Assembly: GCA_043818535.1 (NCBI GenBank)
Contig: JBDRFS010000057.1
Coordinates: 1 to 53,977 of the forward strand
Length of the DNA: 53,977 nt
Direction of reading: 5' to 3'
DNA from: Candidatus Woesearchaeota archaeon
GTDB taxonomy: Archaea; Nanobdellota; Nanobdellia; SCGC-AAA011-G17; GW2011-AR17
Positions 43,131 through 52,579 of the stretch are shown here, piece after piece (position 1 is the first letter of the stretch; each line of letters begins with the position of its first letter). The notes under the pieces were generated by a model that saw only the letters and a program-made list of their open reading frames with translations, was not told where the DNA came from and made no database searches. The position numbers and the translations under genes were made by a program.

Positions 43131-44881
43131 TGTGTGGTATAATTGGGTATAAGGGAAGTGAAAATGCTAGCCCAATAATCATCAATGGCCTTAAGAGGCT
43201 TGAGTACAGAGGGTATGATTCATGGGGAGTTGCGATAAAGAATGACAAAATTGAGGTTTTAAAAAAAGTAGGCAAAATAAGCAAATTTTCAGAAAAAATT
43301 CCAGAATCAAAAATTGCAGTTGCACATACTCGCTGGGGAACCCATGGCAAAGTGACAGAAGCCAATTCCCATCCCCATACAGGCTGCAAGGGAAAAATAG
43401 CAGTTGTGCACAATGGAATAATAGAGAATTATCAGGAATTGAAGAAAGAGTTAGAAAAAAAAGGCCACATTTTTAAATCTGAAACAGATTCTGAGGTTAT
43501 TCCTCACCTTATTGAGGAGTATAGAGGACCCAATAATTTTTTAGAAGCAGCAATGCTTGCATTAAGGCAGCTAGAAGGGAATTATGCTGTTGTAATTATC
43601 GAAGAAGGCTCTGATACAATGATTGGTGCAAGAAACGGAAGCCCGTTGGTTGTTGGGATTAAAGGCAAGTCTTGGTTTATGGCATCGGATGTCCCCGCAT
43701 TCCTTGAACATACAAACCAGGTTGTATTTTTAGATGATGGGGAGATGGCTGTTGCTGGGAAAGAATTGAATTTTTTTGAGATAAAATCTGGTGAACAACT
43801 AAAAAAGGAAAGCAGCAAGGTCAATCTGGATATAACGCAAGCAGAGAAAGGCAAATATCCTTATTTTTTTATTAAAGAGATTATGGAGCAAGGGGAAAGC
43901 TTAAGAAGAACTCTTAATCAAGATAGAAAGCTACTGCTAAAGGCAGCAGAGGCAATAAACAAAAGCAAGAGCATAACCGTTGTTGCCTGCGGCACGGCAT
44001 ACAATGCTTCATTGATTGGATCATACTTTCTTAGAGAAATTGCTGATAAAAAAGCAGATGTTATCCTTGGTTCTGAATTTGATTCTATGCTTAAGTTCAT
44101 AGATAAAGAGAGTTTAGTAATTGCAGTTTCCCAAAGCGGAGAAACAGCTGATGTCTTAGGACCGATTAAGCTGGCAAAAAATAAAGGAGCAACAATTATT
44201 TCATTAGTAAATGTCCAGGGCTCAAGCCTTTACAGGATTTCTGATATTGCTTTGCCCTTATATGCTGGTCCAGAAATAGCTGTTGCATCAACAAAAGCAT
44301 TTACAAGCCAAGGAATATTAATGGCACTTATTGCTTTTGCCTGCAAGGGAAAATTTGAAGAAGGGAAAAAACTGCTTGAGGATACTGCAAGAAAAATAAA
44401 AGCCATGCTGGGCAAAAGAACAGATCAAGAAACCAGGGAACTTGCTGAAATCATCTGCAAAAAAGACATATTTTGTATTGGGAGAGGGTCTAATTTTCCA
44501 GTTGCATTAGAAGCAGCATTAAAGATAAAAGAAGTCACCTGCCTCCATGCTGAAGGGCTTGCTGGAGGAGAGCTAAAGCATCATACCCTCGCGCTTATAG
44601 AAGAAGGCACCCCTTGCATAGTCTTTTTCTCAAATGACAAGCAAAAAAAAGATATGCTAAGCAATGCTGCTGAAGTCAAAGCAAGAGGCGGATTTATGGT
44701 AGGCATAGGTCCAGAAAGGCATGAAATATTTGATTATTTTATAACAGTCCCAGAAGCAGGCATCATTTCCCCATTGATTAACATGATTCCAGCACAGCTG
44801 CTGACTTATCATTTAGGGATAAAACTAGGATGTGAGATTGATTACTGCAAGGGACTTGCAAAGAGCGTGACAGTAAAGTAA
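43130..44881 (+). CDS. glmS: Glutamine--fructose-6-phosphate aminotransferase
   Basis: MCGIIGY N-terminal nucleophile, two SIS domains and a C-terminal ...LAKSVTVK. Confidence 0.95.
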   Translation: MCGIIGYKGSENASPIIINGLKRLEYRGYDSWGVAIKNDKIEVLKKVGKISKFSEKIPESKIAVAHTRWGTHGKVTEANSHPHTGCKGKIAVVHNGIIENYQELKKELEKKGHIFKSETDSEVIPHLIEEYRGPNNFLEAAMLALRQLEGNYAVVIIEEGSDTMIGARNGSPLVVGIKGKSWFMASDVPAFLEHTNQVVFLDDGEMAVAGKELNFFEIKSGEQLKKESSKVNLDITQAEKGKYPYFFIKEIMEQGESLRRTLNQDRKLLLKAAEAINKSKSITVVACGTAYNASLIGSYFLREIADKKADVILGSEFDSMLKFIDKESLVIAVSQSGETADVLGPIKLAKNKGATIISLVNVQGSSLYRISDIALPLYAGPEIAVASTKAFTSQGILMALIAFACKGKFEEGKKLLEDTARKIKAMLGKRTDQETRELAEIICKKDIFCIGRGSNFPVALEAALKIKEVTCLHAEGLAGGELKHHTLALIEEGTPCIVFFSNDKQKKDMLSNAAEVKARGGFMVGIGPERHEIFDYFITVPEAGIISPLINMIPAQLLTYHLGIKLGCEIDYCKGLAKSVTVK

Positions 44882-44944
44882 ACTTCAATATTAGTAAAAG
44901 GGAATAACCGCAGCAAGCTGCGGGGTATCAACCCAAATAAAAAA

Positions 44945-45886
44945 ATGAAAAAAATAGTCGTAATCGGGGGAGGCACTGGGACTTACACAGTGCTCAAGGG
45001 CCTAAAAAAATATGATGTTGAGCTAAGTGCGGTAGTTAGCATGACTGATGATGGGGGAAGTACCGGAAGACTGAGGGATGAGCACGGTGTCCTACCTCCC
45101 GGAGACATAAGGAGGTGCATTGTTGCGCTTTCAGAATCAACAGAACTTATGAAAGAATTATTCCAGCATAGGTTTTCTAATGGGGGCTTAAAGGGCCACA
45201 GTTTTGGGAATTTACTAATTACAGCACTGACGGATATAACTGGAAGCGATGACAAAGCCATAAAGGAAGCGTGCAGGCTTCTCTCAATAAGGGGAAAGGT
45301 AATACCTGTTACTCTTAATGACCGGAGGCTCTGTGCAGAGCTTGAAGATGGGCAGATTGTCTTTGGGGAGACAAATATTGATATCCCAAAGCATGATGGG
45401 AACTTAAGCATAAAGAGGCTGTTCCTCAACAAGAAAGCAGAAGCAAACAATGATGCATTAGAGGCCATAAAGTCTGCTGACCTCATTGTAATAGGACCGG
45501 GAGACCTTTACAGCAGCGTAGTATGCAACTTTCTCGTGGATGGGATGAAAGAAGCTGTTATGAAAAGCAAAGCAAAGAAAGTTTACGTATGCAACCTCAT
45601 GACAAAGCATGGGGAGACGAATGGATTCACGGTTTCAGATTTCCTGAGGGAGGCTGAAAAATACATAGGTAATGATTCTATTGATTACGTACTGGTGAAT
45701 AATGCAGAGCTTGATCTGGCTATCCTGAAAGAATACGAGAAGGAGAAAGATTTCCCTGTAAAGATTGACTATGAAACTCTCAAATATTGGAATAAAACAT
45801 TTGTATTTGAGAATTTAGTAGCAGGGCCCAGGTTAATAAGGCATGACCCAGATAGGCTTGCTATGCAGCTTATGAAGCTTCTTTAG
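44945..45886 (+). CDS. YvcK/CofD-family (UPF0052) protein
   Basis: Contains VVIGGGTGTYTVLKGLK, TDDGGSTGRLR and GPGDLYSSV. Confidence 0.8.
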   Translation: MKKIVVIGGGTGTYTVLKGLKKYDVELSAVVSMTDDGGSTGRLRDEHGVLPPGDIRRCIVALSESTELMKELFQHRFSNGGLKGHSFGNLLITALTDITGSDDKAIKEACRLLSIRGKVIPVTLNDRRLCAELEDGQIVFGETNIDIPKHDGNLSIKRLFLNKKAEANNDALEAIKSADLIVIGPGDLYSSVVCNFLVDGMKEAVMKSKAKKVYVCNLMTKHGETNGFTVSDFLREAEKYIGNDSIDYVLVNNAELDLAILKEYEKEKDFPVKIDYETLKYWNKTFVFENLVAGPRLIRHDPDRLAMQLMKLL

Positions 45887-45890
45887 AACC

Positions 45891-45938
45891 ACTTTTTTAA
45901 TTTTTAGCAGCTGCGATTCTTGATTTGGGAATTTTGTT
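45891..45938 (+). terminator. Recurring T-rich 3'-end element (plus-strand copy F)
   Basis: ACTTTTTTAATTTTTAGCAGCTGCGATTCTTGATTTGGGAATTTTGTT follows the stop at 45884-45886. It has the same TTTTT-(G/A)GCAGC-T-rich layout as the minus-strand copies. Confidence 0.3.
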
Positions 45939-45986
45939 AAGGTAAGGCAGTTTGTGACAGCCAACCCACCCGCATACCACCTGCCC

Positions 45987-46064
45987 TAAAGGCGCCTTCG
46001 GAGCCAGCGGTTGCTACACTCCCTTCACTGCACGAGAAGGGCCATAATTTTACATAAGGTTGAG
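45987..46064 (-). pseudogene. Strongly decayed DGR VR cassette remnant (VR4)
   Basis: The reverse complement reads ...CTCAACCTTATGTAAAATTATGGCCCTTCTCGTGCAGTGAAGGGAGTGTAGCAACCGCTGGCTCCGAAGGCGCC. It aligns to the last ~40 nt of the VRs plus the GC-rich post-VR element and contains stops. Confidence 0.55.
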
Positions 46065-46082
46065 ACAACAAAACTCAACAAC

Positions 46083-46133
46083 CCCATAAACAACAACAAA
46101 AGAAGCAAAACGTGCTGCCAACAAAAAATTATA
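46083..46133 (-). terminator. Recurring T-rich 3'-end element (copy D)
   Basis: The plus strand reads CCCATAAACAACAACAAAAGAAGCAAAACGTGCTGCCAACAAAAAATTATA and abuts the PolD large-subunit stop at 46134. Confidence 0.3.
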
Positions 46134-49100
46134 TCAAAACCACTTATTCAAGCCTTCCTGCCTTTCCTCATCCACACCAAATACAGAATCAATCCTACTT
46201 TTTGTAAGTTCCAAACTCTGCTGCAAGTAAGCAGGGAGATTGTATTTCTTTGCTAGGTCAATTGCCGGGACCAGATACTTCTTGATAGATCCCTCAGCTA
46301 TTGTGAATATTAATTTTCCTCCGCATTTAGTGCACTTGCCTGACAATGGAGGCCTCCTGTATATCTCGTTGCAGCCAACACAGCGGAATGACTGCATTGA
46401 GAACTTCCTTAAATTGCCTTTTATGTCCCTCATGAAGTGCCTTTCTATGACTAGCCTTGCAACATCATCCACATCAACAGCCCTTATCTTCTCCCCTATC
46501 CTCATCTGCCCCAGTACCTTCTCCTGCATTGACGGGACAATCTTGTATGAACTGCACCTAACCCCCCCATTTATATCTGAAGTGTTGTGGGTAAACCCCA
46601 TGCCCTCGTACTGTTTCTCTGTGCCAAGGTAATTTCCAAGCTGGCTTATCTTTATATCCCACGGCTGCTTGTATTGTTCTGCAGCCTCATAGAACTCCAA
46701 GGGATACTGCCATGCAACATCCATGTTGAACACCATGTCGTCAACTTCTGAGGGAATCAGCTTTGATGTTAACACCAGCGGGGCATCCTGGGTGGCTCCC
46801 CTTGTGTTTGGAAGGAACTTCTTTGAAAAATTTAACAAATGGTCCATTAAGAGCATTACAGCCGCCTCATCGCCGTCGCACTGAAAAGTAAGCATATTAT
46901 TTGGGAAGATTATATGGCCTTCAACGTTAAGGCAATATGTTTCGTCTTCTCCATCTGGAGTAATTGCAATAACCTCCGGGAATGCAAACTTCTTATCATG
47001 CCTGATCCTCATTCCATTTGGGCGTGTATTTTCTACGAGATGCTTCAAAATGTTTTGTTTCCTTTTTAATCCAAAACCTACTTCTTTGAAAAATTTACTA
47101 ACATATGTGCTGGGGACAATGAGTTTTGTTATTTCAAATTCAGGAATGGGCATTTTTTTCCTAACATAAAATTCACGCACTTTTGGTCCTGGCTTTTTCT
47201 TATAAGTATACTTTTTAGTGTAAATCCCATACCTCCCCAAGCAAACCTCCAACCCAGATAGAAGCTCATCACTAACTGAATCACAAGCAACCCTCATGTC
47301 GCTGCTGCTCACCGAGCCATCACCATCATAATAACCCCTAAGGAAGTGTTTTACTTTTCCAATCGGGAGGGAAAACATTATAGGGGGCAATCTCTTTTCA
47401 TGGGCATTTCTTCCACAACCTAGGATGTCAACAAATAATTCATACAGTATCCTGCTTGAAAAGACAATATGCTCCTTACTAATCCAGCTTGGGTTCAAAC
47501 CAAAGTTTTTGTAGAATATATCAATCACTTTTTTCCTCAGAACGTCCTCTGTTGCTGCAAAATCTACCTGGTAAAGGCCATTCTTGCTTGTATTCTTCCT
47601 TGCGTAACCTTCAGCAACATAAAAACCCAATGCCCAAAGGACATCTTTATTTAGTTTTATTACTGGCTTAAGGTTAACATTATCTCTTTTTGCTGCGATT
47701 TTTGCCTTGCCCAAAGAAATCTTCTGTCCAGCTATAAAGGAAAGGCCATATAGAAAATCAATCGGGAAGCTATCTCTCAAGATAAAATTATCCAGATCAC
47801 ACTTAGAAATTTTAATTCTTCTCCTTGTCTCAGTCCTTCCCCCTAAACTATCCACTACTTTAGCTACTTGTTTAGAAACTCCCCTAACCATAATGTCTTT
47901 TCTTCCTTTAAAAATTTTAAAAAGATTTAATTCCTTAATATCCCTCTCCTTAACTTTAATAGTAGTAGGAGTTATAAGCTTATCCTTAACTTTGAGTTGG
48001 GAGGCTTTTTTCTCTACAAATTCTTCGCCTTTTCCAACAACACAAAACTTATGGTCCTCTGTAACACGTATTTTTCTCCCGCCTTCAAGTGCTAATTTAA
48101 GAATTTTGCGACTCTTGTGTTTTGTAAAATCAACTATGCCAACCTCTTCAAGCTGTTTTGTTTTTTTATTAAGCCCGAGTGTTTTGAAGCCTTTTACTTT
48201 TATGGCCTTGGTTCCATAAGAATCTACCATTTTTTTAGGATTAAGTTGTTCAACAAGCTCCCCAATCTTGAACATTTTCCAATTTGTTCCATCAAAAATT
48301 GGAAGCCTGGTTTCATAAGTTAAACAATCCCTACGCATAATCGAATGCAAAAGCGGATGCGCCAGGAAGCCCTGCGTCTTGGAGAAGCCTATGATCCTGC
48401 AAACTATCCCTGCTGATGTATGCGGGGACATAGCCACACAAAGATGGCCCACAAGGCCTTTTGAGCTTTCAAGCTTGTAATAGGGATTAAGCCCATATAG
48501 CCTTTCAAGCAAATCGTCAATAAACTTAGAAACCTTAAATAATGCCTTGTCCGCACCCTCTTCCAATGCTTCTGGGCATGCCGGCAATATTATGTCCTGT
48601 GCCCTGATCTCTACTATCTGCCCTGCGCTAGCAAGCGGCTTGCCGTAACAGTCCTTTGTGTAACCCATCTTATTTAATTCCTTCACGGGTGTCCCAATCT
48701 CTGAAGGCTTGAAGTGGGTGCAAGCCATTTCAGTCATGTCATACCTGGTTGTGCCGTCCTTGTTAACATAAACATCGTGCCTTGCCCTCAAGATGCCTTT
48801 GAGGAGATGTTCCGGGACATGCTCCTCATTTGATGTCCCCCTTATTCCCTTTATGAGCTTAGGATAGCTTGAGCTTCCCAGCTTCTTAAGGGCATCGTCA
48901 AAGTAATCCCTTATGTTTATCTCCCCCATCCTGTAAGGGAGGCATTTGCCATGGGGCTTGTCTTCCCTCCCTATCCTCTTACATTCTTTTAAGGCCGTAA
49001 CCAGCTTGCACTGCCTGCAATAATACCTCCCCCTTGCCCTTTCCCCGCATTTAATGCATACCTTGTATATGCTTTCCTGATCACAGTCTTCACAGAAGTA

Positions 49101-51101
49101 AAGCGGGAACTGCGAGGTGATTACGCGCTTGTTGCTTTCCAACGCACATTGGAAGCTTCTCAGCCTCCCACCCTCCTTCCCTACAGGGAACAGCACCTGG
49201 GGGCTTCCGGTCATTTTCCTCATCTTAGCCTTTTCAGGCCTTCCCATCCTGCCACCTATGAAAGTGCCCAGCTTATCCTTTATCTCAATCCCAGAAAGCT
49301 TGTTTACTGCTTCTAGGGGGCTACTGAATTTAGGCAGCTCCTTCTTGCCATTTGCAAGGGAGAACGCAAAGGCATCCGCATCATCATTTTCAATTATTAT
49401 GAACTCATTTGAGGCTACAGAGTGCTCTATCCCAATAAGCTCAAGCGCCCTCTTCACCTTAGGGTCAACACCGGGAATAACCACTTTGCCTTCACTTATC
49501 ACAGAATTAGCTATCGTCTTGTAAAGGTTTTCAAACTGCTCTGTTCCTATCGAGTTCCAGTAATAGATATACCTCGGGTGGAGAGGCGTGGAAGTGGCCT
49601 TTGCCAAGGATAATGCCTCATTGAACTTAAGAGAAGTCTTGAAAGGCTCTGAAAGCAGCTGCTTAATCTTCTTTTCACTTATTCCGGTCTTTTTCGCAAG
49701 GGATTTTTCATTTTCCATATGTTTCTTAAGGCAGAGCACCCACCACTCCTCTACAAAACCTGCAGGAACTAGCTTATGGGCCCGGTCAAAAAAGTCTCCG
49801 TAGTTTATCAGGAGGTCTCCAAGGTAAAGTATTTCCTCAACATCTTTGTTTATTTCCCTTGCCTGCTCCAAAGTCTCAACTCTTCTCACATTCCCGTTCT
49901 TGAGCCTTACAATAGGCCCATCCATTTCATCACATATAGTAAGCGTGGTGGCCTTTCCTGGCCTCTCTGTCTTCATCTGCGTGCCAATAGCCATATAGCC
50001 ATCCATTATGACCATGGATGTAGGGTGTATTGCATCAGAAGAGAATCCTGAAGTCCTAGTCCTCCCATACCTCAGCCTGAAGCCACCGTTCCTCATAGGG
50101 TAAGTGAGCACAGGCCTGCCGCCAATAATGTCCTTGATATAAGTGAAATCCGGAGTAAGCTTTTCAGCTGTGCCTTTTTTCTCCGCCCCCTTGCCTTTTG
50201 CCTTGATTTTCTTCTGCAAGTCAACGAAATCCTTAAGGAAATCCCACTGCCCTAGACCAAAGTCCTTGCCCCACTTTGAAAGCTGCTTCCAGAGCTTAGG
50301 CGCCTTCAAGCAGAGGCATTCTGCTGTCATCAGGCAGAAGCCGCTCCGTATCCTGTTAGTCTCAATCCTGTCCAAGTCCTTGTAGTTGCTCACGTCAAAC
50401 TTCTCGGAGGGGTCACCATTGATTTGCACAGGCAAATGCTTGACAAGGAACTCCACCTCTTCCTTTGAAGGGTAATACTGCAGGTTGGTTACCCTTTCAT
50501 GATAATCCGCAAGCTCAGTAACTGCCCTCTTTATCTCCTTTTCAGTTGCGTCATACTCTGCATAACCCATCTTCTTTCTCACGTAATCAGCAATCAGCGC
50601 AGAAACGCTTGCGCCTGTTCCTCCGGCACTCCTTATCGGGCCCGAGTACATCAGGCAGAAGTATTCCTTGCCATTATCCTTCCTCTTGTTAAGCCTCAAT
50701 TCCACCAAGCCTTCTATAGGAGAAGCTACCACGCCTACAGTCACGTAAGCAAACCCAACCCTTATCCCCACTTCTATTGCTTTCTTCTTATCCTCAAACT
50801 TGCACAGCTTTTCCTCGGCAACCTCTTCTGCTATCTTCAATGCAACTCTCCAATCTTGGGAGCCATACTGTTTCTCAAGCTCAGCTATCCTCTCAGGAAT
50901 ACCTTTGCCTATTATTTCAGGAGCAACAGTTGAGATAAGGCCCTCTACACGTTCTGCCATATTCTTGGCCAATGGTACTTGGACCTCGTCATCAGCATCA
51001 TAGCCTTTTGACTTTGCCTTGTTGGCTATCTCATAGGCTTCTTCCACCTCTGCATTGATCTTTGAGAAGTACTTTTCCATTTCTTCGCTGTGTTCAGCCA
51101 T
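46134..51101 (-). CDS. DNA polymerase II (PolD) large subunit DP2, intein-containing precursor
   Basis: 1655 aa. It contains the Cys clusters of DP2 and the catalytic-region motif HSIMRRD|...|CDGDEAAVMLLMD, which is split by an intein. The exteins total 1173 aa. Confidence 0.95.
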   Translation of the reverse strand: MAEHSEEMEKYFSKINAEVEEAYEIANKAKSKGYDADDEVQVPLAKNMAERVEGLISTVAPEIIGKGIPERIAELEKQYGSQDWRVALKIAEEVAEEKLCKFEDKKKAIEVGIRVGFAYVTVGVVASPIEGLVELRLNKRKDNGKEYFCLMYSGPIRSAGGTGASVSALIADYVRKKMGYAEYDATEKEIKRAVTELADYHERVTNLQYYPSKEEVEFLVKHLPVQINGDPSEKFDVSNYKDLDRIETNRIRSGFCLMTAECLCLKAPKLWKQLSKWGKDFGLGQWDFLKDFVDLQKKIKAKGKGAEKKGTAEKLTPDFTYIKDIIGGRPVLTYPMRNGGFRLRYGRTRTSGFSSDAIHPTSMVIMDGYMAIGTQMKTERPGKATTLTICDEMDGPIVRLKNGNVRRVETLEQAREINKDVEEILYLGDLLINYGDFFDRAHKLVPAGFVEEWWVLCLKKHMENEKSLAKKTGISEKKIKQLLSEPFKTSLKFNEALSLAKATSTPLHPRYIYYWNSIGTEQFENLYKTIANSVISEGKVVIPGVDPKVKRALELIGIEHSVASNEFIIIENDDADAFAFSLANGKKELPKFSSPLEAVNKLSGIEIKDKLGTFIGGRMGRPEKAKMRKMTGSPQVLFPVGKEGGRLRSFQCALESNKRVITSQFPLYFCEDCDQESIYKVCIKCGERARGRYYCRQCKLVTALKECKRIGREDKPHGKCLPYRMGEINIRDYFDDALKKLGSSSYPKLIKGIRGTSNEEHVPEHLLKGILRARHDVYVNKDGTTRYDMTEMACTHFKPSEIGTPVKELNKMGYTKDCYGKPLASAGQIVEIRAQDIILPACPEALEEGADKALFKVSKFIDDLLERLYGLNPYYKLESSKGLVGHLCVAMSPHTSAGIVCRIIGFSKTQGFLAHPLLHSIMRRDCLTYETRLPIFDGTNWKMFKIGELVEQLNPKKMVDSYGTKAIKVKGFKTLGLNKKTKQLEEVGIVDFTKHKSRKILKLALEGGRKIRVTEDHKFCVVGKGEEFVEKKASQLKVKDKLITPTTIKVKERDIKELNLFKIFKGRKDIMVRGVSKQVAKVVDSLGGRTETRRRIKISKCDLDNFILRDSFPIDFLYGLSFIAGQKISLGKAKIAAKRDNVNLKPVIKLNKDVLWALGFYVAEGYARKNTSKNGLYQVDFAATEDVLRKKVIDIFYKNFGLNPSWISKEHIVFSSRILYELFVDILGCGRNAHEKRLPPIMFSLPIGKVKHFLRGYYDGDGSVSSSDMRVACDSVSDELLSGLEVCLGRYGIYTKKYTYKKKPGPKVREFYVRKKMPIPEFEITKLIVPSTYVSKFFKEVGFGLKRKQNILKHLVENTRPNGMRIRHDKKFAFPEVIAITPDGEDETYCLNVEGHIIFPNNMLTFQCDGDEAAVMLLMDHLLNFSKKFLPNTRGATQDAPLVLTSKLIPSEVDDMVFNMDVAWQYPLEFYEAAEQYKQPWDIKISQLGNYLGTEKQYEGMGFTHNTSDINGGVRCSSYKIVPSMQEKVLGQMRIGEKIRAVDVDDVARLVIERHFMRDIKGNLRKFSMQSFRCVGCNEIYRRPPLSGKCTKCGGKLIFTIAEGSIKKYLVPAIDLAKKYNLPAYLQQSLELTKSRIDSVFGVDEERQEGLNKWF
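46881..48326 (-). mobile_element. Intein (482 aa) with a LAGLIDADG homing endonuclease, inserted in the RRxCDGDE motif of DP2
   Basis: The N-terminal junction is MRRD|CLTYETRL (Cys1 codon 48324-48326). Block B is VTEDHKF. The LAGLIDADG motifs are LWALGFYVAEGYA and FLRGYYDGDGSV. The C-terminal junction is NNMLTFQ|CDGDE (Gln codon 46881-48883 region; Gln codon at 46881-46883, +1 Cys). Confidence 0.85.
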
Positions 51102-51103
51102 CT

Positions 51104-52579
51104 TTAATCTCCAAACTTGAATATCTTAACCATCCTAGTCTGCAGGTTGACTATTGGGACCCTTGCAGGCTCTGGATTGTGCCCTGTCTTTTCCTGGAAT
51201 GCTGTCTTTGCCTGCCAGCAGGAGCAGCATACTGTTGTTACATTCTTGTAACTGCTTACCTTTGACCTGTGGATGTGTCCTGTGACAAAAAAATCAGGAA
51301 TCTTTTCTATTATCAAGGGATCTCGGTCTTGGTCAGGAATGTAAAGCGTGGAACTGTGCGTGGGGCAGAGGTGCCTTTTCCTCAGCAGGAGCTCCATTAT
51401 GAGGTCTACCCTGTCATAGCCTCCAGCTGTCCTTATGGAATCCACATTTGAAGCGTAATAGTCAAAGCTGTAGCCATGGTACATAAGCACGTCAAACCCT
51501 GGAAAGCCATCTGAAGCATGTATGTTGACGTAAGAAGGGTTTGATACAACAGTGACATTAGGCAGTTCAGATATTGCTGCTGCAAACCTGATGTCAAGTA
51601 CGGGCTGCGGCTCAGCCAGCCTCAATGCATCGTGATTGCCTCCACACACTATTATCTTCACGTCTTTTCTTATCATTGAAAGGTATCTTGCACACTCCTT
51701 GTACTGTTCTTTTATTTCCTTTATCACCAGCTCATTATCCTGTTCCGGGTATATTCCTACACCGTCTACTAGATCTCCTGCAACAAAAATGTACTTGACC
51801 TTAAGGGCTGTCTTTTTCTGCTCATCAGTACCAACATTCCCATTAATCCAGGATATGAACCTCTCAAGCTGGGAAGGAAGGAACATGTTAGAACCTACAT
51901 GGAAATCAGAAATAAACGCGGCATGCACCTCATCAGGGGATTTTTTAAGCTCCTTGCTGTAAGGTATGTCAGGGAAATATATTTCTCTTGCAAATACTAT
52001 CCCATTATCAGCAACACCGGTTATTCCCACCACCTCATCCAGGACAAGTTCATTTATGGCCTTCCCCATTTCCTTGTTGTCCTTTCTTAAGACAACCTTT
52101 ATTGAACCTGTCATGTCCTCCATTGTGACTAATGTGTTGCCTTTCTTTGTGATGTTTTTCTCTGAGATGAGCCCTATTAATGCTACATTATCCCTTGCTG
52201 TCTTGCTGGAAAGCCTTGCTATTGATACTGCACCTTGCAATTCTAACCTTGTCTCAAGAATTTTCCTCATTGTTTCATAACGTTTCCTAAAGTACATAAC
52301 AAAATGCTTTATCTCACGTTTAATTGAGTTCTCATTGTAGCTTTCAATAATATTTACAGTACAGTTATCTGGCAGGCTATCTTTTTTTTTAAGAAGTTCG
52401 AGAAAATATGCCTCTGGGATAGACTTGGCTGTTTCTGCCAGCTCTATTGTCGGAGCAATTGCATCAAAGAAATAGCCATAATCAAAATCATGAGGGATTT
52501 GGCTAAGCAATCCTGGCGTAATAAGATAATTCTTTTCCATTAGAGAGCTAACAAGCTCCTTCTTTTGCTCCTCACTCAT
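51104..52579 (-). CDS. DNA polymerase II (PolD) small subunit DP1 (3'-5' exonuclease)
   Basis: Calcineurin-like phosphoesterase motifs: ISDFHVGS, VAGDLVDG, GGNHDA and GHIHR. It has an OB-fold middle region and a 4-nt overlap with cdc6. Confidence 0.93.
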   Translation of the reverse strand: MSEEQKKELVSSLMEKNYLITPGLLSQIPHDFDYGYFFDAIAPTIELAETAKSIPEAYFLELLKKKDSLPDNCTVNIIESYNENSIKREIKHFVMYFRKRYETMRKILETRLELQGAVSIARLSSKTARDNVALIGLISEKNITKKGNTLVTMEDMTGSIKVVLRKDNKEMGKAINELVLDEVVGITGVADNGIVFAREIYFPDIPYSKELKKSPDEVHAAFISDFHVGSNMFLPSQLERFISWINGNVGTDEQKKTALKVKYIFVAGDLVDGVGIYPEQDNELVIKEIKEQYKECARYLSMIRKDVKIIVCGGNHDALRLAEPQPVLDIRFAAAISELPNVTVVSNPSYVNIHASDGFPGFDVLMYHGYSFDYYASNVDSIRTAGGYDRVDLIMELLLRKRHLCPTHSSTLYIPDQDRDPLIIEKIPDFFVTGHIHRSKVSSYKNVTTVCCSCWQAKTAFQEKTGHNPEPARVPIVNLQTRMVKIFKFGD

